NCBI GenBank assembly: GCA_047601445.1
Contig: JASGJH010000001.1
Location: 8,992,001-9,056,000, forward strand
Length of the DNA: 64,000 nt
Direction of reading: 5' to 3'
From: Myxococcales bacterium
GTDB taxonomy: Bacteria; Myxococcota_A; Polyangia; Polyangiales; DASUME01
The stretch's first letter is position 1. Every line of letters begins with the position of its first letter. Below are positions 62,656 to 64,000 of the stretch, piece after piece. Both the position numbers and the translations under genes were made by a program. The notes beneath the pieces were generated by a model. That model was not told where the DNA came from. It was given only the letters and a program-made list of their open reading frames with translations, and did no database searches.

Positions 62656-64000
62656 GGCGCGTCGAGCGTACCATCGGCCTCGCGGGTGGTCTCTCCCCCC
62701 GCGTGCTCCCGCCCGGGCGCGCGCTTGAGCAGCTCGTGAGACAGCCAGACCCCGAAGGCGGCCACCGCCGTCCCCACGCCGAAGCTCACCCGGTAGGCGG
62801 ATGCGCTGGCCACACCGCCGCTCGCCTCCACGACCGCGAACATCACGGCCATTCCCAACGCATTCGCGAGATTGGCGGTGAGCGTCATGATGGCCGACAC
62901 CGTGCCGAGCAGCTCGGAGCCGACGCGCTCGGTGACCACCGAGACCGAACCCGGCGCGCACAGGCCCAGACCTACGCCGGCCAATGCCAGGCCCAGCACG
63001 ACCAGCACCTGGTTGGGATGGGCGTCCAGCCAGACGAAGCCGGCGGAGGCGATCAAGATGCAGTAGCCGCCCCACACCACGAGCCGGGCGGCGCCGAAGC
63101 GCGGCGCGAGGTTGCCGGCGAAGGGGCCGGTCAAGCCCATGGCGAGCGGGCGCCAGACGAGGAGCAGCGAGCTCGCGAGCGCGGAGAGGTGCCAGAGCTC
63201 CTTGAAGAGGTAGGGCAGGATCATGAACGCGCCCATGTAACTGAAGGTGAGCGCGACCCGCGCGAGCAGGCTCAGGCTCACCACCGGCTGCTGCAGCAGG
63301 TGGGGCGGCAAGACAGGCAGCGCGGCTCGACGCTCGATGCGCACCGCCCACAGACCGGCGACCAGCGCCGCAGTCAGTGCAGCGGGCACCCAGGTCGTGC
63401 GTCGCTCCGGATGACCCAGCCAGCTCGCAGCAAGGGTCAATGAGAGAGCCGCCGCGCCGATGGCGATGGAGCCGCGCACATCGAAGGGGCCTTCGGTGGG
63501 GATCTTCTTTTCCTCGAAGCCCCACATGGCGGCGGCCAGCGCGGGCAAGCCGAGCAAGACCTGACCAGCGAATAGCCAGCGCCACGAAATCACGTCGAGC
63601 AGGGAGCCGCCAATCAAGACACCCACCAAGGGCGAGATGGCCACCGCGGAGGTCCAATAGCCGATCGGCGTGGCACGCTCTTCGGGAGGAAACAGGTCGG
63701 TGCTGATGGCCAGCGCGGCGGGTACGAGGAGGGCGGTGCCCACCGCCGTGACCACGCGCGCCAGGAGCAGCGGGCCGAGGGATGGTGCGAACGCTGACGC
63801 CGCCATGCCGAGCAGCGAGATGCCGAAGCCACCCACCCAGGCTCGCTTGCGGCCGAGCACGTCGGAAGCGCGCCCGGCGGCTGGCGTGAACAGCGCCACG
63901 ACCAGCATCGGACCGAGCGTGACCCAGTTGGTGGCCGCAGGCTCCGCCTGCAGATCACGCGCGATGTAGGGCAACGCGAGCGTGAGGATGGTCAGCGTGA
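62652..64000 (-). CDS. MFS transporter (DHA2/EmrB-like), 5' truncated by window edge
   Basis: GRASDVLGRKR motif A, SWRWLF, multiple TM helices. Confidence 0.92.
   Translation of the reverse strand, partial: TLTILTLALPYIARDLQAEPAATNWVTLGPMLVVALFTPAAGRASDVLGRKRAWVGGFGISLLGMAASAFAPSLGPLLLARVVTAVGTALLVPAALAISTDLFPPEERATPIGYWTSAVAISPLVGVLIGGSLLDVISWRWLFAGQVLLGLPALAAAMWGFEEKKIPTEGPFDVRGSIAIGAAALSLTLAASWLGHPERRTTWVPAALTAALVAGLWAVRIERRAALPVLPPHLLQQPVVSLSLLARVALTFSYMGAFMILPYLFKELWHLSALASSLLLVWRPLAMGLTGPFAGNLAPRFGAARLVVWGGYCILIASAGFVWLDAHPNQVLVVLGLALAGVGLGLCAPGSVSVVTERVGSELLGTVSAIMTLTANLANALGMAVMFAVVEASGGVASASAYRVSFGVGTAVAAFGVWLSHELLKRAPGREHAGGETTREADGTLDAP

Noticed and set aside
61855..63657. 600-aa MFS/enoyl-CoA hydratase fusion
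   Set aside because: The upstream part is off-frame to the MFS gene; the hydratase starts at 62655

Overview
GC-rich bacterial chromosomal window, most likely from a myxobacterium (inferred from the FHA/PP2C-PEGA module, PilZ-receiver, FG-GAP lipoprotein and MvaS-like synthase). It is mostly housekeeping and metabolic genes: rlmM-like, tRNA-Thr(CGT), ltaE, pgm/pmm, pepP, lrp-gltB-gltD, aroC, thrS, otsAB, a triple FKBP, ilvBN and apaG. I found no transposase, integrase, CRISPR array or rRNA. The most notable signals are: (1) two matching hairpins with GGU loops in the thrS leader, possibly a tRNA-Thr anticodon-mimic operator; (2) an orphan cI/cro-like XRE switch with operators and a probably leaderless cro-like gene, but no phage genes; (3) a complete sigma54 promoter with four helically phased enhancer repeats upstream of lplT and a co-transcribed activator; (4) several intact ORFs with degenerate catalytic motifs (carbamoyltransferase, SDR, RibD-like, DUF971); (5) three single-base frameshifts that can all be repaired at GATC sites; (6) candidate structured leader RNAs. 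All calls come from reading sequence and motifs by eye; no searches were run.
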